A stretch of 64,000 bases of DNA from an uncultured delta proteobacterium (lineage in GTDB: Bacteria; Desulfobacterota; Zymogenia; Zymogenales; Zymogenaceae): assembly GCA_963735595.1 (NCBI GenBank), contig CAVTLK010000001.1:800001-864000 (forward strand), written 5' to 3'. This document shows, piece after piece, positions 27,624 to 37,155 of this stretch. The position numbers were made by a program, and so were the translations under genes. Every line of letters begins with the position of its first letter. Positions within the stretch are counted from its first letter, which is position 1. The notes beneath the pieces are model-generated. The model saw only the letters and a program-made list of their open reading frames with translations. It had not been told where the DNA came from and made no database searches.

Positions 27624-28778
27624 CTATTCCACCTGCAGGCGTACCATATCGCCGAGGATGATGTCGCTATTGGACTTATTGACTACCGCGGTCGAGGTGA
27701 ACTCATCTGCCTTGAGCACCACGATTTGACCGATAACGTCGGGAGGGTAGATCAGCCCTTCTCTCTCAAGCTCCTCGGTGGAGGTGTTGCTTTCCAGCAT
27801 ATCCTGGTACTCCTCGGCGCTTAGGCTCCCCCGGTCATACTCCTCTCGTATCCGCAGGATATCAAAGACATTGCCCGTCTGGACCCCGTCGGCATAGCCC
27901 CGGTCGATATAGACGATATCGTTTTCGGCTATCATCGGGTCTTCCATGTAGTACTTTTCCGACGAGAGGGTGTAGACGATATAGCCGACGACGGGATCGA
28001 TGCCCTTGTGCACCCGGATCGTCCTCACGGACGGCTCAAACGGCCTGACCCGATCGTCGATCATGATGACGTCGTTGGCGCTGGTGATTACCGCGGCGGC
28101 GGTCTTGGCGCCGATGGACGTTACCTCAAGCTCGCCGACGATAGTGATGGCGTATCCCACCGTGCCGAGGGTAGCGGGATGTTTGATCTTCTCGGCCACC
28201 CTGAAGATAGTGAAACGATCCCCCCGCCTGATCGTCACCAGCCGTTTATGGGGAAGCTTGATGAAGACGATATTGTCGTCGGTCAGCAGCTTCTTTGTCT
28301 CCCGGGTATGATCGATAGTGCCCGAATCCTCCAGGTCTTTCCTGGTGATGAACCCCGCATTGAGCACCTTGGGGATATAGTAGACATCGGAAGGTTCCAT
28401 TACGAACTTCTCTTCCGTGCTCACCGGAGGAAGAGCGACCGGCGGGAGGGTCTCGGGATACGTGACGACCTCTTCCGGCATCTTCCGAATGACCGGCCCG
28501 GCCTCCTCGACGGGCTTTGGAGCTGCCTCTTCGAGGATGAGCTGCTGGCCCGGACTGATAACATTGGGGTCCTTGATCTGGGGATTGAGCTCCCAGATCA
28601 CCGGCCACTTATTCGGGTCCTGATAGGCATCACCCGATATGTCCCAGAGCGTATCCCCTTCCTTGATAATGTAGACACGGGTGTCGGGGCTGGTGGCGGG
28701 CGGGGTTTCCTGAGCCCATGCCAGCGCCCCGATCAGGACGATTGCCGAAAGACCTAAGATAAACGATGTCTTTTTCAT
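27624..28778 (-). CDS. Secreted LysM protein, TsaP-like
   Basis: Signal peptide, LysM domain (YIIKEGDTLWDIS...WPVIWELNPQIKDPNVISPGQ) and a beta-rich C-terminus (VYIDRG...G). Located directly upstream of dprA. Confidence 0.8.
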   Translation of the reverse strand: MKKTSFILGLSAIVLIGALAWAQETPPATSPDTRVYIIKEGDTLWDISGDAYQDPNKWPVIWELNPQIKDPNVISPGQQLILEEAAPKPVEEAGPVIRKMPEEVVTYPETLPPVALPPVSTEEKFVMEPSDVYYIPKVLNAGFITRKDLEDSGTIDHTRETKKLLTDDNIVFIKLPHKRLVTIRRGDRFTIFRVAEKIKHPATLGTVGYAITIVGELEVTSIGAKTAAAVITSANDVIMIDDRVRPFEPSVRTIRVHKGIDPVVGYIVYTLSSEKYYMEDPMIAENDIVYIDRGYADGVQTGNVFDILRIREEYDRGSLSAEEYQDMLESNTSTEELEREGLIYPPDVIGQIVVLKADEFTSTAVVNKSNSDIILGDMVRLQVE

Positions 28779-28806
28779 AGCGATCTTCCACGTATGTGTT
28801 TTCAAT

Positions 28807-29616
28807 CTATTTCATCTTCTCCCGCGCCAGATCGGCTGCCGAGCTGTCGGGAAACGTCGTGACGACCGAACTGAACGTCTCCCGAGCGCGGGCGGGATCC
28901 CCGATCTTTTCGTAGCAGAATCCTATCTTCAGCAGCGCGTCGGGCGCCTTGTCTTTCCCCGGAAAACGCTCCGTTACTCCCCTGAACTGATCAAGGGCCT
29001 TCTGGTAGTCGCTCATCAAGTAATAGCATTCGCCGATCCAGTAAGACGCGTTGTCGGTAAGCTCGTCGCTCGGGTAGGTTTTCACGAATTCGACGAAGAG
29101 CGGCAGAGCGGTTTCGGCCTTTCTGTCCATGACTTCCGAGAGCGCCCGGTCATAAAGGGCCTGGGCGTCTTTCGGGCCGCCCCCGGCGGGGGAAACAGCA
29201 GGCTCCCCGACGGGACCCGCGACCGCGGGGGAATCCTCTCCGTGCGAGGGAATAGGCGCCGCGCCGTCGGGAGGGGGCGTGGTTGTCCCCGGTCCGGGGA
29301 TATCGTTTACCGGCCGGTCGATTGTTTCCTCTTCAACCGGCTTTCGCGCCGTGCCCGTAAGGTACGCATCGAGGGCCTTTTCGCTCCGCTCCGTCCGTTC
29401 GTTGATCTCGGCTACCTCCCGGGTCAGATCCGAGAGCTTCTTCTCGAGGTCGACGATGCTGCGCTCCATCTCTCTGATCGTGGCGGTATCGCCCGATCCG
29501 GTATTTCCGGTCGTCATCTCACATCCGAAGACACCGGCCAAAAGCGCACCGAGACAGGCCGCACAGATAACGTGGAATCCCCTTATCCGCTTTATCCGCT
29601 TTATCCGACGCCCCAT
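28807..29616 (-). CDS. cpoB: Tol-Pal-associated YbgF/CpoB-like lipoprotein
   Basis: Lipobox VFGC, a coiled coil, and TPR motifs (YPSDELTDNASYWIGECYY, KAPDALLKIG). Confidence 0.8.
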   Translation of the reverse strand: MGRRIKRIKRIRGFHVICAACLGALLAGVFGCEMTTGNTGSGDTATIREMERSIVDLEKKLSDLTREVAEINERTERSEKALDAYLTGTARKPVEEETIDRPVNDIPGPGTTTPPPDGAAPIPSHGEDSPAVAGPVGEPAVSPAGGGPKDAQALYDRALSEVMDRKAETALPLFVEFVKTYPSDELTDNASYWIGECYYLMSDYQKALDQFRGVTERFPGKDKAPDALLKIGFCYEKIGDPARARETFSSVVTTFPDSSAADLAREKMK

Positions 29617-29866
29617 CGCCCCCCCGCGATTCCCGAGGTCCGATAACATCTTCTCCGGCCCCGGCAGTTCATCAACGCAAGGCGCGTAATCATAGCCTCC
29701 TTTATTACATAACCGATTTTATTGCCTTTGTCAAGCATTTAGGGGATAAGTTTTCACTTTGTATTCCGACCCGACCGTGATATAAAGGAACATGGGTCAA
29801 TCGATACGATTTTCGAGGAACATCCCGGTAATGGGCCTGTCATATGCGAAAGGAGGAATTCATACC

Positions 29867-30832
29867 ATGAAAAGAAGAAACGGCATATTAACGATACTTG
29901 CGGTCATGCTGATGCTTGCGTTTGCGCTCACGTGCTGCAGCAAGAAAGAGGCCGCGCTGGAAGGCTATACGGGCGGTGAGATGTCCGACAAGAGCCTTGT
30001 CGGGGAGCCCGCCATGATGGAGGCGCTCTCCCCCGCCCCGGCGGTCGCCCCGCCGCCTCCACCGACGGATACCTCCACCGCACCGGCCACGGTCCCGGAC
30101 CCGACAACCAAGAAACGTAAGATCATCAAGACCGCCGAGATCACCATCGAAGTGAAAAGCTTTGAGGACTCCCTTACGAAAGTCAGGGAGATTATGAAGG
30201 AGATGGCACCCGGCGAGCAGGACGGCTTCATCGCCGATTCCTCGTCATCGAAATCTGAGACGGGCGCCACGACCGGCACCGTCATCATCCGAATCAGCCC
30301 CAATAAATTCGACCTCCTGGTCGATAAGCTCATGGCCGTCGGGGACGTGAAGTATCAGCGGATCGCCGGTGAGGACGTTACCAAGGAATACTACGACCTG
30401 CAGGCCAGGCTCAGCAGCAAGCAGGAGATGGAAAAACGGCTCATCCAGTTGCTTGCCACCAGGACCAACAGCGTGTCGGACCTGTTGGAAGTGGAGAGGG
30501 AGCTTGGAAGGGTCAGGGAAGAGATCGAGAGTATCCAGGGGACGCTCAGGTACTACGACGACATGGTGGGGATGTCTACCGTCAACCTGACGATCCAGGA
30601 ACCGGAGTCGGTCGTCTCGGGAGCGGGCGGCTTCTGGGGGCCGATCAAACAGGCCGTCACCCGTTCCTTCGAGGTATTCGGCAAATCCATCGCCGCCATG
30701 ATCATTTTCGTCATGGGCGTGCTCCCGTGGGCCATTGTCGCGTACGTCGTCTTCCTCATCGTTAGAAAGATCATACGAAAACGGCGCGCCAGGGCACAGC
30801 AGACCGTATCCGCCAAGCCCAAGGCAAAGTAG
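29867..30832 (+). CDS. DUF4349 family lipoprotein
   Basis: Lipobox, RKIIKTA.I.IEV, EDVTKEYYDLQARL, LLEVERELGRVREEIE and a C-terminal transmembrane segment. AGGAGG RBS. Confidence 0.82.
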   Translation: MKRRNGILTILAVMLMLAFALTCCSKKEAALEGYTGGEMSDKSLVGEPAMMEALSPAPAVAPPPPPTDTSTAPATVPDPTTKKRKIIKTAEITIEVKSFEDSLTKVREIMKEMAPGEQDGFIADSSSSKSETGATTGTVIIRISPNKFDLLVDKLMAVGDVKYQRIAGEDVTKEYYDLQARLSSKQEMEKRLIQLLATRTNSVSDLLEVERELGRVREEIESIQGTLRYYDDMVGMSTVNLTIQEPESVVSGAGGFWGPIKQAVTRSFEVFGKSIAAMIIFVMGVLPWAIVAYVVFLIVRKIIRKRRARAQQTVSAKPKAK

Positions 30833-30851
30833 CGGCACCAACCGACCAGTC

Positions 30852-30886
30852 AAGGGGGAGAGGGCGGCGCCCCTCCCCTTTTTTTT
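30852..30886 (+). terminator. Intrinsic terminator
   Basis: GC-rich hairpin (GGGGGAGAGGG...CCCTCCCC) followed by T8. Confidence 0.7.
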
Positions 30887-30899
30887 GGACGCAGCCCCT

Positions 30900-32324
30900 A
30901 TGTGTGACATACCCCTTCATACCGTCATCCCCCGTTACGACCGCCTGAGGTCGGTAATCCTCCAGACCGGCGCCCGGGTCTACCTGGTCGGCGGCGCCGT
31001 CCGTGACTTCCTCCTGGGAAGGCCCTCGTATGATTTTGACTTTATCGTCTTTGACGACCCCGGAGCGTTCTCCCGCACGATCGCGACGGCACTCGGGGCG
31101 CGTCTCGTGGTACTGGACGACCGCGAGCGGATCTACCGCGTGGTTTCGCGCGGCGTCGAATACGACTTCTCCGCCCCCAAGGGGCCCGACCTCCCGTCGG
31201 ACCTGGCGATGCGGGATTTCACGATCAATGCCCTTGCCGCCGATGCGTCAATTTCGCCGTCGCCCGTCGCGGGGATTGCCGGGGGGCTGGACGACCTTGC
31301 CGCCGGAATCATACGGGCAGCCTCGGACGGCGCGTTCGCCGACGATCCGCTGCGCCTCCTGCGGGCCTTTCGGCTGGCGGCGGTCCTCGGCTTTTCCATC
31401 GACGGCCAAACCATGCGGCAGATCGCCCGGCAGCGCGGCCTGATCGGCGGCTGCGCCCGCGAGCGCGTCAGGGACGAGCTGGCCAGGCTCCTCGCCGCGC
31501 CCCGGGCCTGCCGGGCGATAGAGGCGATGGACGAGACGGGGCTCCTTGCGGCGATCATTCCCGAGACCGGCACCATGAAGGGGGTCGATCAGAATCGGTG
31601 GCACAGCCACGACGTGTGGGGGCACTGCCTGGCGACGATGAGGGAGATGGAGACGGTCACCGCCGACCTCGAGCGCTTTTTCCCCGGACGGGGGCAGCGG
31701 CTGGCCGATTATTTTGCGACGCCGCTGGGCGGAGGATGGAAACGGGGGGCGCTTTCCAAACTCGTGGCGCTGCTCCACGATGTCGGCAAACCCGAAACAC
31801 GGGTTGTCGGCGACGGCGACCAAGCCTCGTTCCACGGACACGAAAACGTCGGCGCCGAGGTCTTTTCGGTGATCGGTCGGCGTATCCTCCTCGGTAAGAA
31901 GGCCTCCCGTTTCGGGAGGCTCCTTATCAAAAACCACATGCGCCTGTTGTCGCTTGCCGTCTCGCAAACGGTGACGAAACGGGCGGTCGTCCGCCTCTTC
32001 CGGGATACGGGCGACGTCCTGCCGGCCCTCCTTATCCTCGGCCTGGCCGACACCAGGGCCGGAAAAACTGACGATGTCCGCGAGAGCGAGAGCATCCGGC
32101 TGATCGATGAGGTTTTTTCGGTCCTCGATGAGATAGAGGCGGCGGTCGTTCCGTTCCTCTCCGGAACGGAGATCATGCGGTTATGCTCAATACCCGAAGG
32201 AGAGCTGGTGGGACGGCTCAAGTCCGAGCTGTCGGACGCCCAGGCCGTGGGTAGCGTCACGACCAAGGCCGGGGCCCGGGAGTTCGTATTGGAAAGGATG
32301 AAATGCCATGCAACGATTGCCTGA
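30900..32324 (+). CDS. Class II tRNA nucleotidyltransferase with HD domain, probably CC-adding type
   Basis: LVGGAVRD...DFDF, RDFTINA, DDPLRLLR, ERVRDEL and LLHDVGKP. Confidence 0.88.
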   Translation: MCDIPLHTVIPRYDRLRSVILQTGARVYLVGGAVRDFLLGRPSYDFDFIVFDDPGAFSRTIATALGARLVVLDDRERIYRVVSRGVEYDFSAPKGPDLPSDLAMRDFTINALAADASISPSPVAGIAGGLDDLAAGIIRAASDGAFADDPLRLLRAFRLAAVLGFSIDGQTMRQIARQRGLIGGCARERVRDELARLLAAPRACRAIEAMDETGLLAAIIPETGTMKGVDQNRWHSHDVWGHCLATMREMETVTADLERFFPGRGQRLADYFATPLGGGWKRGALSKLVALLHDVGKPETRVVGDGDQASFHGHENVGAEVFSVIGRRILLGKKASRFGRLLIKNHMRLLSLAVSQTVTKRAVVRLFRDTGDVLPALLILGLADTRAGKTDDVRESESIRLIDEVFSVLDEIEAAVVPFLSGTEIMRLCSIPEGELVGRLKSELSDAQAVGSVTTKAGAREFVLERMKCHATIA

Positions 32325-32829
32325 TATCATACGGATGCTAAAGTGCGTGTCGGGAATAGTGTTGATCGTCTGCTTCTTTCTGCCCTGGGTCGCCCAGACC
32401 CCGAGCTGTACGGATAAATCGGTCATCATCCGCGATAACATCTCGGGATTTACCCTCGTACACGAGGGGACCGCGCCCGAGGCAGTGGCCGCGCCGTTGT
32501 TCGGGGCGGTCGTAGCGGCGCTTGCCCTCATCGTACGGCACAGGGCCGTCCCGCTTGCCGCCAGCCTCGTGTCGCTGGCCGAGATCCCCACGGCCCTCAT
32601 TATTGCGGCGTATATCGATCTTTCGGTCCGGCTCTTTACGCCGTTTATCCTCCGGTACGGCTACGTCGTCACCGCGGCCCTCCTCTGGGTGATACCCCTG
32701 TTGTCTCTTTCGGACGTTATCATCCACTTTCCGCGGCTTACCAGAGTCGGGAAGACCATCGTCGCCGCCGCCGCAGGGCTGCTGGCGGTGCTCGCGCTCA
32801 TCGATTACCTGTCCCGGTTTATTGGGTAG
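32308..32829 (+). CDS. Hypothetical multi-pass membrane protein
   Basis: About five hydrophobic segments and a CFFLPW motif. Overlaps the upstream stop. Confidence 0.6.
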   Translation: MQRLPDIIRMLKCVSGIVLIVCFFLPWVAQTPSCTDKSVIIRDNISGFTLVHEGTAPEAVAAPLFGAVVAALALIVRHRAVPLAASLVSLAEIPTALIIAAYIDLSVRLFTPFILRYGYVVTAALLWVIPLLSLSDVIIHFPRLTRVGKTIVAAAAGLLAVLALIDYLSRFIG

Positions 32830-32848
32830 GATCGCCGCTGATAAAAAT

Positions 32849-32874
32849 AAAAAGGGGCGCTGTCTGCCCCTTTT
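32849..32874. terminator. Bidirectional terminator between convergent genes
   Basis: AAAAGGGGC-GCTGTCT-GCCCCTTTT. Confidence 0.65.
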
Positions 32875-32955
32875 CAGTATCCGGCGGCGCCTCGGCGCCC
32901 GCATGTTATTTCCCGCCGCCTGAGGCGGCGTAAGCTCTAATCGGTCGAACAGGTC

Positions 32956-33504
32956 CTATCCCTTTTCCGGGGTGTCTTCCACGGCGCACGTATTCATGTG
33001 GCGCTTTCGCTCGTCGCTTGAGCCGAGGAATTTTCTGAGCTTGCCCAGCACACCCTTATCCTCCATCTCTTCCTTGATACACTCCTCGTACCCGAGGACG
33101 GAATAATAGGTCGCCCGGTCGAAGTAGAGTATGGCCTTGTTGTTGAGCTCCTGGAGCTGGTATAGCTGGAAGGCGGTGCCGAAAAAGCCTTCGGTTGTGA
33201 CGACGTCGATGATAACCTTCTTCAGGAGGGACATCGCGTTGATGATGTCGTGCATCGCGTAGTTGTCTTTGAAGACCTCTCTGCCAAACTGGGTAAAATC
33301 TAGGCAGATGCGGTACTTGGAAATGTCTTTGGCCAGGAACTCATCGAATCCTTCCATGACCTCGCCCATTATCCGTTTCCACTTGGTTTCGTCGATTCCC
33401 TCGATGATCCTGAGGGTGCGGGTCTTTTTGAAGTCTTCGAGCCACAGGCTGACTATTTCGTTTTTCTTGCTCCTCAAAATGGCGACAAATTTCTCGTTAA
33501 TCAT
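32956..33504 (-). CDS. Stand-alone RsbRD-N-like (non-haem globin-like) helical protein
   Basis: All-helical pattern EIVSLW...FGRE...IINAMSLLK...YFDRA.YY...GYE. Family call is from resemblance only. Confidence 0.5.
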   Translation of the reverse strand: MINEKFVAILRSKKNEIVSLWLEDFKKTRTLRIIEGIDETKWKRIMGEVMEGFDEFLAKDISKYRICLDFTQFGREVFKDNYAMHDIINAMSLLKKVIIDVVTTEGFFGTAFQLYQLQELNNKAILYFDRATYYSVLGYEECIKEEMEDKGVLGKLRKFLGSSDERKRHMNTCAVEDTPEKG

Positions 33505-33675
33505 GTTCTTTCCACCTTTCGAATGAGATATCGGATAATCGATCGAACCTTCTATCTAAAAGGTTATACCGTGTGATTGTCAATAGTCGATCCAGGCGGT
33601 AAACCGCTTACCTCTATATAATACGATAGCATATTCTTTTACGGATGACAACCGGTAACAAAACGAGAGGCGCCG

Positions 33676-34176
33676 CTAAATAATTCGGACGATATCGTTA
33701 CGCGTTTCGTCTGATCGGGATCGATCTTCCTCTGCATAGCCGAGGGCCATCAGCGCAACCGCCCGATACTTCCGGGGCGCCGCAACCAGTGAAAGCACCC
33801 TGTCTTCGTCGAACTCAAAGACAATCGACACAGACACCCCTGCCTCCCGGGCCATCAGGGTGACGTGAGCCAGTGCGATGGGGACATCGATCATGAAAAA
33901 CGGCTGCTCCTCCCCCCTTGTGGCGACTATCCATGGGTTCGCGCAGGCGGCGATAATCGTACGGGCGCCTGCAAAGACGGGCCGCGCCGCCAGCAACGCC
34001 GCCTGCCGGAGGGTTGCGTCGTCCCTGATGATGTAAAAACGCCAAATCTGGCTGTTATTGGCCGAGGGCGCCAGGCGCGCAGCCTCCAGGATCGACATGA
34101 CTGTCCCCTGGTCGACCGGCCTGCCGTCGAACCGGACGGGCTCCTTTATCCGGGAGATGAGCTCGGGTATGGTCAT
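33676..34176 (-). CDS. Nitroreductase-fold protein B
   Basis: ILEAARLAPSANNSQIWRF, D..IALAH..L.A and LGY. Confidence 0.82.
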   Translation of the reverse strand: MTIPELISRIKEPVRFDGRPVDQGTVMSILEAARLAPSANNSQIWRFYIIRDDATLRQAALLAARPVFAGARTIIAACANPWIVATRGEEQPFFMIDVPIALAHVTLMAREAGVSVSIVFEFDEDRVLSLVAAPRKYRAVALMALGYAEEDRSRSDETRNDIVRII

Positions 34177-34770
34177 TGAGGTTTCACCACAGTGACGATC
34201 TTACCGGGGTCGACCCTCCGCTTTGAGATGAGATTGCCTAACATATAGTCCCACCAGGCCGCGCTGATCTTTTCCGGGGGCCGCCCCAGGGGGCTGATCG
34301 CAACGACGCGGGTCGTCTCGTCAAGATCGAGGACCCTCTTAACCGCCTCTTCCCCAAAACCGCCCAGCCAGCAGGTGCCCAGCCCAAGCTCGGCCGCTGC
34401 CAGAACCACCAGCTCCATGACCATCGCCGTTTCGGCAAGGTACAGGTGCTTATCGCCCGCGCGGCCCGCCCTGTCGGGCCGGCCGCAGGCAACGATGAAG
34501 CCCGGAGCCTTTGTGGTGAGAACCCAGGGATTGACTTTGCCGATCCACCCCGAGAATATAGCCCGGGAGAGTTTACGCTTGGTTTCGGGATCAAACACGA
34601 AGAGAAAGAACGGGGAGCCTGCCCCGAAGGCGTGCGCCCCCTCACGCGCGACCCGGGCCGAGCTTTTCTATCTCATCGGGCGGCACGATCGTATCGGCAT
34701 ATTTTCTGACACTCCGCCTGACCTTGATGATCTCCATCAGGTCTGCCGGTTTCTTGTCCCGTGGAGTCAT
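34173..34770 (-). CDS. Nitroreductase-fold protein A; frameshift at ~34660
   Basis: N-terminus MTPRDKKPADLMEIIKVRRSVRKY (not in the ORF track) joins LAAAELGLGTCWLGGF...SPLGRP...KRR. Confidence 0.78.
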
Positions 34771-34776
34771 CCCCGC

Positions 34777-35286
34777 TCACACCTCCCCGGAATACCATAT
34801 CCGTGCGCTGCGATCGGCGCAGCCGGAAAGGAGCCGCTCCATGACCGCCAGATTCATGACGTCATCCCGGTTATACTTCAAGAGGAGATCGAGCGCCTCC
34901 GGATCCCCTTTTCTCACATACCGCTCCCAGAGGACCGGGGCGTCCCGGCCGGTTATCCCCTCCGTCTCCCGGGATATCCCCATCTGATGTTCCACCCCTT
35001 TGAGCCCCCCGTATAACCCCCGCCGCCAGCATTCATACATAAGATCGCAGGAAGAAAAGCGCGCCCTAAGATCCAGGCCGATCTTCCGCTTGATGACCGG
35101 CAGGTCGAACCGGTTGCCGTTGTAGGTGACGATAGCGGTGGCCGATGAGAGGGCTTCCGTGACGCTCGCGTACGTAATCTCGTCGCCCACCAGTTGGATA
35201 ATCTCCAGCTCCGGGAGATAGATTCCGACGACGGTGATCCTCCCGCTAAATGAGGTCTCGATATCAAGATACGCTCGGTCGGACAT
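34777..35286 (-). CDS. YprB/RNase H-like exonuclease domain protein
   Basis: YLDIET, VTYNGNRFDLP, GGLKGVE and YNRDDV. Confidence 0.85.
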   Translation of the reverse strand: MSDRAYLDIETSFSGRITVVGIYLPELEIIQLVGDEITYASVTEALSSATAIVTYNGNRFDLPVIKRKIGLDLRARFSSCDLMYECWRRGLYGGLKGVEHQMGISRETEGITGRDAPVLWERYVRKGDPEALDLLLKYNRDDVMNLAVMERLLSGCADRSARIWYSGEV

Positions 35287-35400
35287 TGGTTCCCCTGCCA
35301 CCGGAAGGAGGCACCCCAGGCGAAATAAACAGTGCGGACCGCCCTCCCATCCGGTGTCTTATGATAGGGTAAACGGCGTGAGAAATCAAGGATAATCGAG

Positions 35401-35430
35401 TTGACAGAAGGGGCGCTTTTTCGCTATAAT
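35401..35430 (+). promoter_or_regulatory. Sigma70-type promoter of the HtpX-like gene
   Basis: TTGACA, 18-nt spacer, TATAAT, followed by a GAGGAG RBS. Confidence 0.7.
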
Positions 35431-35456
35431 TCAAGCTATTTCACGAGGAGACCGCC

Positions 35457-37151
35457 ATGAGAGGAAAGCTCATTTTCGCCTCCACCTTTACGATCGGGAT
35501 ACTGGTAACCTTTGTCTTTTGTATCGTGCTGCTGGCCTCATTCGCCTCGGGGCTCATCAGCGGCGCCGCCATGATCATCCTCACGGTCATTATCAGCGTC
35601 GTGTCGTGGCTCGTAAGCCCCTGGTTTACCGATCTTATCCACCGCTGGGTCTATAAATTCCGCGTCATGGAGTTCGACGAGCTGGCGCGCAGGAGCCCCA
35701 AGACCGCGCAGTTTCTCACGGAGGCGTGCAAGCGCCACAACATCAAGGTCCCGATGCTCAGGGTCCTCGATGACATGAACCCAACCGCCTACTGCTACGG
35801 CTCGTTTCCCTCCAACTCCCGTATCGTCGTCTCGGAAGGCATCTTTCGTTACCTGAACGAAGATGAGGTGGCGGCGGTCTACGGCCATGAGCTCGGTCAT
35901 ATCAAGAACCTCGATTTCATCATCATGACCGTGGCCAACACGCTGCTCATGATCCTGTACGAAATCTACGTAATATTCACCCGGGTTCGCACGCGGGGCA
36001 AGAACAACCCCCTCCCCCTCATCGGCCTGATCTCACTGCTCTTCTGGTGGATCGGCACGTACCTTGTCCTGTATCTCTCGCGAACCCGTGAATACATGGC
36101 CGACCGTTTCTCCGGTATCGAGACAAACAATCCCGGGGCCCTGGCCACGGCACTTGTCAAAATCGGGTACGGGATCGGCGCCGAGCCGGACACCCCCCTC
36201 TCCTCACGGCTCATGGGCAGCACGCGCGCGCTCAACATCATGGACTGTAAGGGCGTCGATACGGTCAGCGCTGCGGTCACGCTTTCGGCGGAACCCGGCA
36301 AAGAGACCGTCGGAAAGGTCCCGGCATTCGACCCCCGCAGGGTATCGCGGGTCTTCCTCTTTGACATCTTCAATCCCTGGGCATGGGTCGTACAGCTCGG
36401 CTCCACGCACCCCCTCACGGGAAAGCGGATACAGGCGCTCATGAATCTTGCCGCGGAAAAGAACCTGCCGCAGGTCTTTAACTTCGCGGAGATCACCATA
36501 GACGGGGCCGGTCTCGATAAGTCCCGGCTCTACGGTAAGTTCTTTTTTGAGGTCCCTATCTATTTCGCCCCGATAATCGGGGTCATTGCGGGTATCGGGT
36601 TGGCGCTGGCCGACCAGCGGCTGCTTGGCGTGATAATCCTTACCTTCGGGCTGGGACTGTTGATACGGGGTATCTACCGCTTCCCGTCGATCAAAAAGCC
36701 CGAGGAAACCACGGTCCTCGATTTGATGAGCGATCCGTACGCGAGCCCGCTGAGGGGTAAACCGGTCGTCGTCTCCGGCACGGTAATCGGGAAGGCCTCG
36801 GCGGGAAGCCTCTTCGGAGAAGACCTGGTCGTGCATGATCCCTCGGGGGGGTTGATCACCCTCAACTACGAGTCGATCATACCGTTTTTCGGCAACCTCT
36901 TTTTCGGTTACAAGCGGGCGCGAACTATAATTGGCGCTCAGGTGGCGGCAACCGGATGGTTCCGCAGGAAAATAAGCCACTTCATCGACCTGAAGTCCAT
37001 CAGGACTTCTGACCGCCCGTTTCGGAGTTACACGCGCTTCCGGGCGCTGGCCCTTGCCGTCATCATAACCGTGATAGGAATCGTCACGACCGTTATGATG
37101 CTGGCCGCCTCGGTCGCCCCCGCGGGGCCGGCGGGACAGGGGGTATTGTAA
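35457..37151 (+). CDS. M48/HtpX-family membrane zinc protease with a C-terminal extension
   Basis: HELGH, SRTREYMAD and THP..GKRI, plus about 200 extra residues with transmembrane segments. Confidence 0.85.
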   Translation: MRGKLIFASTFTIGILVTFVFCIVLLASFASGLISGAAMIILTVIISVVSWLVSPWFTDLIHRWVYKFRVMEFDELARRSPKTAQFLTEACKRHNIKVPMLRVLDDMNPTAYCYGSFPSNSRIVVSEGIFRYLNEDEVAAVYGHELGHIKNLDFIIMTVANTLLMILYEIYVIFTRVRTRGKNNPLPLIGLISLLFWWIGTYLVLYLSRTREYMADRFSGIETNNPGALATALVKIGYGIGAEPDTPLSSRLMGSTRALNIMDCKGVDTVSAAVTLSAEPGKETVGKVPAFDPRRVSRVFLFDIFNPWAWVVQLGSTHPLTGKRIQALMNLAAEKNLPQVFNFAEITIDGAGLDKSRLYGKFFFEVPIYFAPIIGVIAGIGLALADQRLLGVIILTFGLGLLIRGIYRFPSIKKPEETTVLDLMSDPYASPLRGKPVVVSGTVIGKASAGSLFGEDLVVHDPSGGLITLNYESIIPFFGNLFFGYKRARTIIGAQVAATGWFRRKISHFIDLKSIRTSDRPFRSYTRFRALALAVIITVIGIVTTVMMLAASVAPAGPAGQGVL

Positions 37152-37155
37152 ATAG

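Noticed and set aside
29582..29608. 9-nt tandem repeat (TTATCCGCT-like x3) at the cpoB 5' end as a phase-variation site
   Set aside because: The unit length is a multiple of three, so it would only change the basic N-region of the signal peptide (RIKRIKRIR).
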